Positions 1 to 12,295 of a stretch of DNA of 64,000 bases are shown here, piece by piece; positions within the stretch are counted from its first letter, which is position 1, and each line of letters opens with the position of its first letter. The stretch is from Octopus bimaculoides (lineage: Eukaryota). The stretch lies in assembly GCF_001194135.2 (NCBI RefSeq), contig NC_068987.1:54291825-54355824 (forward strand), in the 5' to 3' direction. A program made the translations under genes and the position numbers. The notes under the pieces were generated by a model, which saw only the letters and a list, made by a program, of their open reading frames with translations, made no database searches and was not told where the DNA came from.

Positions 1-612
1 CAGATCATCTCAAAAGATTGTGCAACTGCTACCACTTCTTCACCTTTTTCATGGCATTTTATCACAGCCAGTTTATCTTCCAGCATTATAGTATGACATT
101 TAGCACTTCACTATGAATTTTCTTAGGAGTAATGGGGGGCAAAAAATAAAGTCACAAATGAATGAGAATGAGAAAGGAGCCAATAAACAGACGTAAACAA
201 ATCTGAATTCAAAGCAATTGTGGGAATCATGAGTTACAACGATGCCGAACAGTAAATATTGGAACTACAGTGCAATATGAGCTCCCAAAAAAACGATAAA
301 TAAGATAACACAGCTGATTTCATGATTTTGTTCACTAAGCTACGCTACTCTATGGTGTGTTTCTTAACATCTGCTGTATGCATTTTAATATGATTTTATA
401 TTATGCTTTTATTGTATTTATTATACAGTAACATGATTTTATGTGCTTTTAATGGTTTTCTAGTGATTTTACGATTCCAATATTTGTGGCAGACAGATGT
501 GAAGTCAAGTAAAATGACTTAACTTGATTTTTATTTTACCATATATTATTTTTGAAAACCGACGTATAATCGAGAATGACTTAAATCAAAACGTTAAACC
601 AAGGTATACCTG
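1..612 (-). mobile_element. Tigger/pogo-like DNA transposon, 5' end (runs off window)
   Basis: Minus strand begins TA|CAGGTATACCTTGGTTTAAC (Tigger-type TIR, end at 612). Minus-strand translation of ~1-100 reads TIMLEDKLAVIKCHEKGEEVVAVAQSF, resembling the N-terminal psq/CENP-B HTH of pogo transposases. Confidence 0.6.
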
Positions 613-624
613 TATATATATATC

Positions 625-1005
625 ATCATCATCATCATCATCATTGTTTAACGTCCGCTTTCCATGCTAGCATGGGTTGGACGATTTGACTGAGGACTGG
701 TGCAACCGGATGGCTACACCAGGCTCCAATCTAATTTGGCAGAGTTTCTACAGCTGGATGCCCTTCCTAACGCCAACCACTCAGAGAGTGTAGTGGGTGC
801 TTTTACGTGTCACCCGCACGAAAACGGCCACGCTCGAAATGGTGTCTTTTATGTGCCACCTGCACAAGAGCCAGTCCAGGGGCACTGGCAACGATCTCAC
901 TTGGCTTACCGGGTCTTCTCACGCACAGCACATTTCCAAAGGTCTCGGTCAGTAGTCATCGCCTCGGTGAGGCCCAATGTTCGAAGGTCTTGCCTCACCA
1001 TATAT
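625..1005 (-). mobile_element. RTE-type LINE 3' end / derived short element (family B, (GAT)n tail)
   Basis: Reverse complement of the ...ccatgctagcatggaaagcggacgttaaac(gat)n end that is also at 62720-63142 and about ten other sites. Confidence 0.8.
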
Positions 1006-1137
1006 TGGTGTTAGAAACGGCATCCAGCTGTAGAAACCAAGTGAAAACAGACTATGGAACCTGGTGTGGCCCCCGGCCTTACTAATTCCTGATAAGCTGT
1101 CCAACCCATTCCACCATAGAAAATGGGCATTAAATGA
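1003..1137 (+). mobile_element. family B RTE-tail copy, head-to-head with previous copy
   Basis: ggcatccagctgtagaaacc...ctgtccaacccattccacc...cattaaatgatg. Confidence 0.65.
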
Positions 1138-1948
1138 TGGCGGCAGCAGCTGCTGTTGCTGCTGCTGCTTCTTCTATTGAGACATTATGTTTCAGGATAA
1201 GTTATAAATAAATTTAAGGTACCTGTGCACATCTCATAAGCACATCTTTAGCCTCACTTTGGAAATAGATTTTCTTGTTAAACCACAGGCCTCACTGAAC
1301 GGAATGAATAAAACAACAACAAAAACTCGACTACAATATTTGTAAATCTAAGTGAGGACACGTCACTTCAAAATGAAAAAAAACAATTTCAAAGTGAGCA
1401 CATGTCACTTAAAAGTTACTTTACTTGATTTATTTAACCAAGATTATACAGAATGTAGAATCCAAGAATACATAATTAGAACTGTTCACAGAGAAGAGGA
1501 AAAAAAGATATCAGTGTCATTGCTACTGTGTCAAGCACTGAGGGACAGGTCCTTGTCAGAATCTCATAATTATACACAGAAGGCACAGTTTGTAAAGTTT
1601 CTTTGTCATTTAACTGAAGCATTTCTAGGCCATGAATATATCTGCATATTTGATCATTTGTCTGTTTACCATGGGATCAAAATTACCATACAGGACGCTT
1701 ACCGTTGCTGTTTGAACCATCTGCTATTTGCCTACACTTTTAATCCCGCAGAGGAATGCTTTTCATGAATAAGATATACACTGTAATTAGAACTTTCTCC
1801 AGCAGACATTTATGCAGAAGTAGTGGAACAGTCCTGCAAGTGTTACAAAAGTCTCAGATGGAGAGAATATTCTTAGAAAATTAGTGTTGAATGTCATTGG
1901 TGTGGTTAGCCCTGAAAAAGTTGGGAGTATTACGAGCCTGTATATGAT

Positions 1949-2102
1949 GGCTGGGTGGTAAGAAGCTTGCTTCCTAAGTACATGGTTCTGGGTTCAGTCC
2001 CACTACATGACACTTTGTGCAGGTGCTTTCTACTGTAGTCTCAAGCTGACTAAAGCCTTGTGAGTGAATTTGGTAGACGAAAACTGAAAGAAGCCCATCA
2101 TA

Positions 2103-2103
<1 letters not shown>
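1949..2103 (+). mobile_element. SINE family A, tRNA-like head half
   Basis: tggctgggtggtaagaagcttgcttcc...gggttcagtccca...aaactgaaagaagccc, matching the full copy at 30158-30570. Confidence 0.75.
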
Positions 2104-2149
<46 letters not shown>

Positions 2150-2400
2150 CATTGTCATCATCATCATTTAACATTCATTTTCCATGCTTACATGGGTTGG
2201 GCAATTTCACAGGAGCCAACCAACTGAATGGCTGTTTGGGCCCCTTGTCTGTTTTGACATGGTTTCCACTGCTGGATGCCCTTCCTGATACCAACCATTT
2301 TACAGAGTGCACTCGGTGCTTTTATGCAGCACCAGCATGGGCGCTTTTCATGTGGCACCAGCACCTATGTGCTAGAGAGGTTTGCAAGGGCAACCAAACC
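2150..2400 (-). mobile_element. family B RTE-tail copy
   Basis: (cat)n tttaacattcattttccatgcttacatggg...ctggatgcccttcct. Confidence 0.65.
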
Positions 2401-2570
2401 ATAATNNNNNNNNNNNNNNNNNNNNNNNNNNNNNNNNNNNNNNNNNNNNNNNNNNNNNNNNNNNNNNNNNNNNNNNNNNNNNNNNNNNNNNNNNNNNNNN
2501 NNNNNGCCCTTCCTGTTGCTAACCCTCACCTGTTTCCAAGCAAGGTAATATTTCTTCATGTCCTGTCATA

Positions 2571-3797
2571 CAAGGGTTAGCTGAAAAGTTCATAGGCTAA
2601 CCAAGACTGTCTCATGGGATGAGAGTGTCTTGGTCAGCCTATGAACTTTTCAGGCTGCATCAACAACAACAGATATGACATCATTATCACTGTGGTACTG
2701 GTTTCAAGCCAAGTATTTTCATATTGGGGGAACAGATGATAGTTAGATGGAACCAATTCAGGAGAATAGGGAGGCTGATCAACCAGTTCACTTCCACAGT
2801 CATGCACAGCAGCCACTGAAACCAGACTCACTGGCTAATCACAACCCCAGCACCTATTTTGGCACTGTTTTTCTGTGCTGGATAATTGTTTTGATGAAAC
2901 AAAGATCCCTTTTATCAGTTTTCCTGGGTGTTTAGTCTTGGTAGCCTTTCATAACTGTCTCAGTAAGTTGGCATACTTCTTTCTATTGATGGTGAGGCCC
3001 TTTTGAAGATAGTCAATTAACACAATGCCATTTGCATCCCAAAAAATTATGGCCATCACCTTCTCTGCCGATGAAACGACCTTGGCCTTCTTTGAAGCAG
3101 GTGAGGAGGGGTGCGTCCAGTGCATGAACTGTCTCTTTGTCTCTGATTTAAAGTGGTGAAGCCAACACCCATTCTGGCTAAGGAAACATTCAAGGAAACC
3201 AGCTGCATCTTCCTCAAACAATGTCAGATTTTCTTGTGATGTGATCAGCTGTCAAAGGACGCGACCCCCACCGAGTAGAAACTTTCATCCTGCCAAATTT
3301 TTGTGCAGAATATTTTCAACTCTGTCACAGGATATGAAAATAGCATTGGTTGTTTGTTTTTTAATCAATTGCCTGTCATTCATTAGCATGTGGTGAACAC
3401 GACAATATTTTCCTTTGTGGTAGCAGTTGCAGGACATTCAGATCTTGGGTCGTCTTCAAGTCTCCCTTCCACTCCTAAATTCAGTTGCTCACTTTTACGC
3501 TTTTGATAAAACTGGAGCATCATTTCCTAATGTAGCAACCATGCAGCATAAATACCTTTGGGGTCTAAAGTCTTTTTCTGCCGGTACTTCATAACACGAC
3601 AATGCCAAATTTTGTCAATTTTCAAGAGAAGTCACTACTGGTTACTTCTGAAGTGTTCTTTGAACAGCTAGATGTCAGTACCTGGAAAGAAACTATGCCT
3701 TTATTAATAAGAAGAGTGGAAATTAATGCATGCAAGATTTCACAGCTCAAGCATCACTCCTTCATAGTCAGCCTATGAACTTTTCAGCCCACCCTTA
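2571..3797 (-). mobile_element. decayed mariner (irritans/Himar-like) with TIRs
   Basis: TA-flanked TIRs caagggttagctgaaaagttcataggct (2571) and agcctatgaacttttcagcccaccctta (to 3797). Minus ORF fragments KKAKVVSSAEKVMAIIFWDANGIVLIDYLQKGLTIN and PPYSPELVPSNYHLFP (YSPDLAP motif). Confidence 0.85.
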
Positions 3798-3850
3798 TAC
3801 ACACTAAACAAACACATAACACATATAACAATCATGTGTACACCCAACAG

Positions 3851-3882
<32 letters not shown>

Positions 3883-3993
3883 TTATACACACAAACATGT
3901 TTATATGACATTGGTAGACTAATTCTGTGGACACAGTTACTGTCTCCCAGAAATCACCCCGTGGTGGACATGCATAGTGTGTGTGTGTATATA

Positions 3994-4210
3994 TGAAAGG
4001 GTGCTAAAAAGTTCCTGGCTTTAAGGATATTGCAAAAGGCCTGACTGGAGGCCCAACCTCCCAAGTTCTTTTACAGGGCTTAGAAAAACCGAAGGACCAC
4101 TGCAATATGTGTGTGAATCTGAGAGGGAAATATGTTGAATAAAATCATAGTTAACTGGTCCTCCTCTATTTTGCTTTACCCAAAACCAGGAACTTTTCAG
4201 CACTCCCTCA
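3994..4210 (+). mobile_element. mariner-derived MITE (~215 bp)
   Basis: TIRs gggtgctaaaaagttcctgg / ccaggaacttttcagcactccc, TA flanks. Interior encodes the mariner C-terminal tip CVNLRGKYVE*. Sister copies at 34063 and 43065. Confidence 0.8.
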
Positions 4211-4847
4211 TATATATAATGTATGTAATTACCCCTTAGTATCAGTGCTGTTTCTGTTGCTAGTATATACTTTTTAACGAGCTCACTGGCTAACCTCAAT
4301 ACCAGCACCTGTCCTAGCACTGTTATTCTATATATCACTGACTGGGAGATGAGTCACTGCTACCTCAACTGGCTGAGTGTCCATCATTGACAAGACCGAG
4401 GAAGGTCAAAATCATGTGATCTGGTGGTCTTAGCGCTGGAGATTGCAGGGGTTTATCTCCCCATTAGCGATATTAACAAGAGTGCTTTCTGCACCAGAAG
4501 CCTATATGAGACTTTCTCTCATGGTATCTTCCACAGTATAGTTTGTTCTAACAGAACATCCATGATTAAGTGGGGATAAATATTACCTTTTGGTATTAAT
4601 ACTGCCTCTGTTGCTAATATATATAAAGTATTTATTGTTTGTATGTAATGTATGTATTTTTTGTATGTGTATGTGCATACAAGTGTATGTATATGTGTAT
4701 GAACAAATGAGTTATGTGAGTAACGTATGCATTTATATGTGTGTGCTTGTGTGTGTATGGTATCAGTTCTCTCAGCCATTCACTGTATGTGATGCATTAA
4801 TATATTAATATGTTTACAGTTCATATCTCTGCTATAATTTCTTACAG

Positions 4848-4957
4848 AAAGTAATATCCCTCATGAAGTTGTTGCCGCTATTGACATCAACCCTGTGGCC
4901 AATAAGATTTACTCCTACAATTTCCCACACACAAATCTTCTAGAGACTGGCATTGAA
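4848..4957 (+). CDS. TRDMT1: DNMT2 exon (motifs II-III)
   Basis: cttacag|aa agt...gaa|gtaagt; SNIPHEVVAAIDINPVANKIYSYNFPHTNLLETGIE. Confidence 0.95.
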
Positions 4958-5002
4958 GTAAGTAATATCCCTTTTTTTAAATATTTTAACTGTTATCTTT
5001 TA

Positions 5003-5398
5003 TTTGTTTCAGTCATTGGATTGCAGCCATGCTGGGGCACTACCTTATGTCAATACATTGACATGAGTACTTATTTTTTTAAAGCCTGGTACTTATTCTG
5101 TTGGTCTCTTTTGCCAAACTGCTAAGTTACAAAGATGTAAACACACCAGCACTGGTTGTCAAGCAATGGTGGGGAGGGCAAACACAGATTCAAAGACATA
5201 CACACATGGATATATTTATACATGTATACAACAGGTTTCTTTCAATTTCCATGTACCAGATCCATTCACAAGGCTTTGGCCAGCCCAAGACTATAGTAGA
5301 AAACACTTGCCTACCCAAGGTGTCACACAGTGGAACTGAACCCCAAACCATGTGGTTGAGAAGCAAGCTTCTCACCATGCAGCCACACCTGCACCTAT
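5003..5398 (-). mobile_element. SINE family A, near full length
   Basis: ttgtttcagtcattggattgcagccatgctgggg...ccatgcagccacacctgcacct is the reverse complement of the family A consensus. Confidence 0.8.
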
Positions 5399-5485
5399 GT
5401 ATATTTTCAAACTACTGTCTCACAAACATACCGTTCCTATTTTCTGCCTAACCTTCTTTGAGGTCCTTAACCATTTTGATACCAG

Positions 5486-5730
5486 TGGAGGTGTGTGGCT
5501 TAGTGGTTAGAGTGTTGGACTCATGATCGTAAGATTGTGGTTTCAATTCCTGGACTGGGCGACATGTTGAGTGCTTGAGCAAAACATTTCATTTCACGTT
5601 GCTCCAGTCCACTCAGCTGACAAAAATGAATAAGTCCTATGAGTATCTGCTGTCCTGTCCCGGTGGGGAATATATATGACATGAAGCTGGAAAACCAGCC
5701 CTTGTGAGTCGATACAACTCGAGAAGGTAA
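5486..5730 (+). mobile_element. tRNA-head SINE family D
   Basis: A box tggcttagtgg, B box ggtttcaattcc, followed by ttgagcaaaacatttcatttcacgttgctccagtccactcagctg. Related diverged copies near 10600, 15070-15290 (-), 18580-18860 and 43570-43800 (-). Confidence 0.7.
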
Positions 5731-5924
5731 CTTTACCATTACCTTTTATTTTGATACCAGCCTGTCTAAGACTGACCTTGGTTTCATGATACAAACTTCC
5801 TGTATTAAAGACCATCTCTCAGAATTCTGTTAATTTACATGCCAAACACCAGCTTAGCCCTTTCCATACCAACCAGCTTGAGACAACCCCTGGTTCTGTG
5901 ATACTAATCAAAATCCATTTTTAA

Positions 5925-6147
5925 CCCTTTAGCATTTAAACCAGCCTTATCCGGCCCAAATATTCTACCAGTGTTATCTCTTCAAACCAGCCAGATCCTG
6001 CTTCTCATACAGAGCCTACAATGTAATTCTAAAAATAAACAATTACATCATCAAAATCTTGAAGCTATGAAATAATTCATGATTAATTCAAAATAACATG
6101 AATAAAGAAGCATTACATATGCTAGAATAATCTGAATGCTAAAAGAG
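5925..6147. mobile_element. piggyBac-like MITE (TTAA|CCCTTTAGCATT...)
   Basis: TTAA-flanked CCCTTTAGCATT / AATGCTAAAGGG-type termini. Copies at 19639, 22492 and 38263. Confidence 0.6.
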
Positions 6148-6242
6148 TTATAGTGATTTTCTTAAAGTCTTCTATCAAAATTTCATGCTAATTTTTCTAC
6201 CAAACACCAACCGGCTCGTTAACTATAATATTACTTTACTGA

Positions 6243-6600
6243 ATTCTTCAATGTTCTCAAAATTGAGATGAAAGTAGTGGTAGTGAAAAGATTAATAACG
6301 ACAAAATTATTTTACCAACTTCTTTGTTATCTTCAAAATTAATCGAAAAAGAAACTGTCATGTATTTCATTGGAAATATTGAGACGAAAGGGTTAATTAA
6401 TAATGGCAAGTATTTTTGGTTTTTTTTACTAAGTTCTTCGTTATTGTCATAATTGAAATAAAGGTAGCGTATTTCAACAGATATATTTTGATGAAAGGGT
6501 TATTAGTGACAGTTGTTTTATTAAATTCTTCATTATTTTCAAAATTAATTGCAATGAAGGTAATGTATTTCATTAGAAATATAGTAACATAAGAGTTAAT
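6243..6600. repeat. four diverged ~100-bp tandem sub-repeats ending in aaagggttaa
   Basis: Unit ttcttc(g)ttattttcaaaattaatt...gtatttca...aaagggttaa recurs at ~6243, 6319, 6433 and 6525. Confidence 0.55.
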
Positions 6601-6819
6601 TACAAATCTTATGGATATGGTACATTTCTGCTGATAGTATAATTAATAAGAACCAACAACTTTTCAGTTAGTAGATCAATTCTCTGTTGGTTTAGTTCAA
6701 GATGACTTTGTCACATACAAATCAGTACCGGAAATGGGACATCATCTGTAGAATCTTAGATTGCAGGTTCAATACTCTAGTGTTACAACTAACTACAGAT
6801 CCTTAAAAAAATTATAATC

Positions 6820-7020
6820 ATCATCTTCAATACCACAACCAACATCATGATCATCATTATCATCATCACCATCATCATCAAGACCACCACCACCATCATC
6901 ATCATCAACATTAACACCACTGCTACCATCATCATCATCACCACCATAATCATTATCATCATCGTTATTATCATTATCATCACTATGTCCACCACCACTA
7001 TCATCATCATCATCATTGTA
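6820..7020. repeat. (CAT/CAC)n microsatellite
   Basis: direct inspection. Confidence 0.9.
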
Positions 7021-7424
7021 ACATTCCTTTCTCCATATTGGCTCAGATTATTAAACAAGCCTGCAGATATGGCTGAATGGTTAAGAACTTTGCTTTGCAA
7101 CCATGAAGTACTGGGTTCAATCACAGTGCATGGTACCTTCATTGAAATGTCTTCTGTCACAGTTTCAAATCAACCCATGCCTCATGAATAAATTTGAGTT
7201 GTTCTCAATGTCATTTACACCTACATCAACTTGACTGAGCAGACCTATGACCAGATGCATTCCAACCTTGATCATCCCAACTTTTTGCCAGGATATGAAT
7301 AAAAGACACTTTGCTAAATGTTTCCTTTCTTTATTTAAGGTGGTGTGAGTGTGATTTGAGGGAGATGTGGCTACTGTTTCTAGCAACTCAGGTGACCACA
7401 TGCAGTTGACATAACTGTCTAGAA

Positions 7425-7738
7425 CAGAGGTTCTCACCCATTTTTTATCTATGGACCCTTTGATTACCATTTTATTCTGGTGGACCCTCATAGCCACTCA
7501 GTGTTTAAAAACTAGTTTTAAAGAAATTTCTTTCAAAATTCTTATTTTGTTTTTCACACTTTAACTTGTGAAGGTTGGAGTTCGTAAAATGTTAGAGAAA
7601 AAGACCTAGCTATTTCTTGCAATGCATATATCTAAAGCAACATTTTTTCAGGGGCTCTTAGAATATTATTGTCGATTCCCAGTTTACTATTCTGTTGTGC
7701 CATCAAAGGCCACATAGACCCCCAGTTGAGAACCACTG
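7425..7738. mobile_element. hAT (Charlie-like) MITE
   Basis: TIR cagaggttctca / tgagaaccactg; 8-bp NTCTAGAN TSD (gtctagaa / atctagat). Sister copy at 16482. Confidence 0.75.
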
Positions 7739-9157
7739 ATCTAGATCCTGTTTGATGGGTGGTACCTGTAATTCAAAAGACCTGTCTAATCACATCCACT
7801 GTGACACCAACACTGACTGAGAATTATGTTAAGAGTACTTCTGTCTATGGAATACTCTGCCACTTCATTATTGTTTTTTATGTCAACTTTTTCATGCTTG
7901 CATAGCTCAAATGGAATTGGTTGAGGCAGATTTTCTGTGGCCGGATAACCTTGTTACCAACCCTTACTTTGTTTCCAAGGAAGATCGGAAACAAGGGATT
8001 CTGTTTGTATAATAGTGATGCTCATCTAAAACTATTGTCTGATGTCAAATAAGGGGACATGCATGCATGCAGCGCATACACACTCTCTCTCGCTTTGTCT
8101 TGCAAGTTACTTGACAACCACACTTTGAGCCAATGTCTTGAAAAAGAACACAGTACACTCTGGTATTAAGAAAGGCATCTAGATGTAGAAACCATACCAA
8201 GGCAGACATTGGAGCTCAGCGCAGTCCAGTAAGGAAGACAAATATTAGATAATAATGATGATGATGGTAATGGGCTTCCTTCAGTCTCCGTCAACCAAAG
8301 CTCCTCATAACTTTTGTGCCAATACTACATAAAAATGCTCATGACAGCACCCAGCACACTATGTAAAGTGGTTGGTGTTAGGAAGGGCATCTAGCCATAG
8401 AAACAATACCAAATCAGACTGGAACTTGGTGCAGCTCCCCAGCTTTGGTCAAACCGTCCAACACATGCCAGCATGGAAAATGAACATTGAAAGAAGTGGA
8501 GGAGCAGGAGGAGGAGGCTCTCCACAGGTCCTTCACAGTCAATGTTTATGCAGCCATCAAATTTTTTGGATATAGGCTTCACTCCCCACATTTTAAACTA
8601 TCACAAAAGTCTTTTCTTCCCAATTACACTAACAGCATCCTTAACACTTTGGCATTTAAACTGACCAGATCTGGCTTCTCATACCAACCCCACAATATCA
8701 TTCTAAAAATAAGCATTTATCATCATCATCATCATTCAGCATGTGTCTTCCATGCCGGCATGGGTTAGACAGTTTAACTGGAACTAGTAAGCCAGAGAAC
8801 AGCACCAGGCTCCAGTCTGTTTTGGTTTGGTTGCTACAGTTGGATGCCTTTCTTTACACCAACCACTCCATAGAGTGTATCAGGTACCGTTTGCATGTCA
8901 CCAGCACAGATGCCTTGTATATGCCACCATTGCTGGACACAACTACAATTACATCATCAAAATCTTGAAGCTACAAAATAACTCATGATTAATTCAAATT
9001 ACATTTGACAGACAAAATCTGAATGCAGAAGGGTTAAAATGTTTCTCTTTTCTTGTATTGTAGTCACCTACTGCAATAGCCAGAAATTTTGGCTGTAAAC
9101 AAATTATAGGACAAAGAATTATGACATCTTTAAAATTTTCTATTTCTTTATTTGCAG

Positions 9158-9306
9158 GGTTTGACTGCTGATTGGTTAGATCATTTAGACTTTAACGTGG
9201 TTCTTATGAGTCCGCCGTGCCAACCATTTACAAGGGTTGGCAAAAGACTTGACACTAAGGACAGCCGAACTAGATCTTTTTTACATTTTCTTGATTGCCT
9301 TCAAAA
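9158..9306 (+). CDS. TRDMT1: DNMT2 exon (catalytic motif IV PPCQ)
   Basis: tttgcag|ggt...caa aa|gtaagt; GLTADWLDHLDFNVVLMSPPCQPFTRVGKRLDTKDSRTRSFLHFLDCLQ. Confidence 0.97.
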
Positions 9307-9536
9307 GTAAGTTATGCTTTTCTTTTTACTGGGTTTTATAACTGCATTTTTCTTCTTATATATGTGTGTGTATGTATGTATGTATGTATGCATGTATGTA
9401 TGTGTGTGTATGTGTATTTATTGTGTGTGTGTGTGTATTTTGCTCAGACATTGTGAGACTAATAATCTGGTGTAGCACTCAATATATGTATGTTTCAGAA
9501 CAAAGTGTTAGCTGAGTATAGAGCAGTAATAATATA

Positions 9537-10470
9537 CTTTGGGTACCCAAAAGTAACCAAAAACATTCTTTGTGGGGCAAGCCAGTTGTAGTTCAGACTT
9601 CCACTGCTAGAAGGTGGTGAGCTGGCAGAAACGTTAGCACGCCAGGCAAAATGCTTAGCAGTATTTCGTCTGCCGTTACGTTCTGAGTTCAAATTCCGCC
9701 GAGGTCGACTTTGCCTTTCATCCTTTCGGGGTCAATTAAATAAGTACCAGTTATGCACTGGGGTCGATATAATCAACTTAATCCATTTGTCTGTCCTTGT
9801 TTGTCCCCTCTGCATATAGCCCCTTGTGAGCAGTAAACAAATAACTTCCACTGCTAGAAGCCACTTGATGTGACCATCAGGCATCAGTCTGCTGACCAGT
9901 GGCATCGAGTGAGGTCATACTGCCATGTGGTGCTGAATTGTTTCATCGATACGAAAGGGATTGTCCACACAGAATTTGTTCCCCCTGGTCAAACTGTTAA
10001 CCAGACATTTTACTTGGAAGTTCTGAAGCATTTGCGAGACACGGTGAGATGAAAACGCCCCAACTTGTGGCAAGGTAGAGAGTGGTGGTTCCATCACGAC
10101 AAAGCACCTGCAACACTGCCTTGAGTGTGAGACAGTTTTTGACCAAAAAATGTCATGATCCCATTTACCCACCCTCTCTATTCACCCCATCTTGCTCCTT
10201 GCAACTTTTTTTTGTTCTCCCGAATGAAAAATAGTCCTTAAAGGAAAACGTTTTGCAGATATGGAAGACGTGAAGAAAAAAAATGACAGAAGCATTAAAA
10301 GGTATCACTTTGCAAGAGTTCCAGCACTGCTTTGAACAGTCGAAAATGCATCTGGACTGATGCATTGCTTCAAACGGAGAATACTTTGAAGGTGACAAAA
10401 GTGTAAACATGTAAAACTAAGTGAATGAAATAATATGGCAAAATTCTGGTTTCTTTTGGGTACCCCCTTG
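9537..10470 (+). mobile_element. internally deleted mariner interrupted by a SINE
   Basis: TIRs gggtacccaaaagtaacc / ggtttcttttgggtacccccttg|ta. Residual frames GIVHTEFVPPGQTVNQTFYLEVLKHLR, YSPHLAPCNFFLF, CIASNGEYFEGDK. Confidence 0.85.
9613..9844 (+). mobile_element. SINE family C with perfect TSD
   Basis: ggtggtgagctggcagaa...gagttcaaattcc...gcctttcatcctttcggggtc. Flanked by direct repeat cttccactgctagaa (9598-9612, 9845-9859). Confidence 0.9.
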
Positions 10471-11839
10471 TATGCATATGTGTGTGTGTGTGTGTTGTTG
10501 TTGCTAACATAGCTGTCTGGTTTCACAACTTTTGGGGGTTCCACCCCTTCTCTGCAGAAGCCATGAAATGTCAACCTTGATGATTTATTAATACTGTAGT
10601 TTAGTGGTTAGGGTGTTGTACTTACAAGATTGTGGTTTCGGTGGGGAGTGCATCTGTGTTCTAGCACAAAATACTTCATTTCACATTGCTCCAGTCCACT
10701 CAGTTATATGAGTAATGCTGCACTGGACTAACTTCCTTTTCAGAGTGGAGAGTGTTATGACTGATGTCGGTCACTCATTCGCCATCGAAACCAAGCAACC
10801 AGTTCTATGAGTCCTAGATCTCGAGACTACTTACTTATTTCTCCTGAAAATCATTTAAATCAGCTGCACTGGGACCAGTTAAAAAGGGGGCACTGTTGCT
10901 TCTACAGAATCTCCCCCCATTTCTTTGACATCATTATGAAAAAACATTGTACTCTTTCAATCATTGGACCAATGGATAAAACATCTGCTCTCTGCTTTTT
11001 GGCAAAAGAGTAGAATATTTTGAGATGATGTCTAATTTTCTCTTGATGGCCTAGTCTACCTTGGTAGGCTTTTGATTCTTAATAATAGACATCATACTGT
11101 TCTGGATATGATAGTTTTTTGATTGAAGTGTTCTGTTTTCTGCCAAACTTGTTGCTGTTGGCAATGTCTTTATCAGCTTGATTTGTCGATTTTTTTCTAA
11201 AATTTTTGTTTACTTTTCATTTTCTAAACGAGTCTCTCTCTCTCTCTCTTTCACCCTCTCTCCTGCATCTATTTTTGTTGTAAAATGGGTTGTGGTTTGA
11301 GCATATGTTGCTGGCAAATGTATCTTCAGATATCTGCCAAGATGCTTCCGAAAGTGGGGAAGTGAGTGTGAAAGACCAGTTGACAAGTGATACGTCATGC
11401 TTATTTATACTCCAGTTTGCTTTCTGTACATCCACAGTGTCACATGAGTGAGCTGGATGGAGTGTTAGGCTTAAATCTTGAGTGTTGAAAGCTAAAATTG
11501 CAAAGAAACCATAGCATGGTATGAGAAGAGAATTTCTAAAACTGGTATCTTATGGTTGCTTAATACTGGGTCTGCATCACTTTTGTTGTGTCCCATTCAC
11601 TCAACATCATCTCTTATCTTTATTTGTTTTAGCCATTGGGTTCTGGCCATGCTGGGGTACAGCCTTGAAAATTTTTTTAGCTAAATGAATCAACCCCAGT
11701 ACTTATCCTTTTATGTCTGATATTTAATCTACTGGTCTTTTTTGCTGAACTTCTAAGTTATGGGGACATAAACGAACTAACACCAGTTGTCAAGCTGTGG
11801 TGAGGAATAAACATATACACATACATATATACTCTTTGC

Positions 11840-12053
11840 TCTTTTACTTGTTTCGGTCATTTGACTGCGGCCATTCTGGAGCACCGCCTTTAGTCAAGCA
11901 AATCGACCCCAGGACTTATTCTTTGTAAGCCTAGTACTTATTCTATTGGGGTCTTTTGCCGAACCGCTAAGTTACGGGAACGTAAACACACCACCATCGG
12001 TTGTCAAGCAATGTTGGAGGGACAAACACAGACACACAAACATATACACACAT

Positions 12054-12106
<53 letters not shown>

Positions 12107-12278
12107 CATATACATATATGTGACGGGCTTCTTTTTCAGTTTCCGTCTACCAAATCCACTCACAAGGTTTTGGTTGGCTCAAGGCTATAGTAGAAGACAT
12201 TTGCCCAAGATGCCACGCAGTGGGACTGAACCCAGAACCAAGTGGTTGGTAAGCAAGCTACTTACCACACAGCCATTC
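11840..12278 (-). mobile_element. SINE family A, full length
   Basis: Complete reverse complement of head + internal (CA/TA)n + tail. Confidence 0.88.
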
Positions 12279-12295
12279 CTTTTATGGTTTATTTT

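Noticed and set aside
258-285. ILEL / YSAI-like words resembling DNMT motif I
   Set aside because: They are in different frames, lack GG and a donor site, and lie inside the Tigger-like element.
1352-1768. 138-aa ORF
   Set aside because: No recognisable domain or splice context. A minus-strand AG...GT candidate exon (1703-1780) has stops in all three frames.
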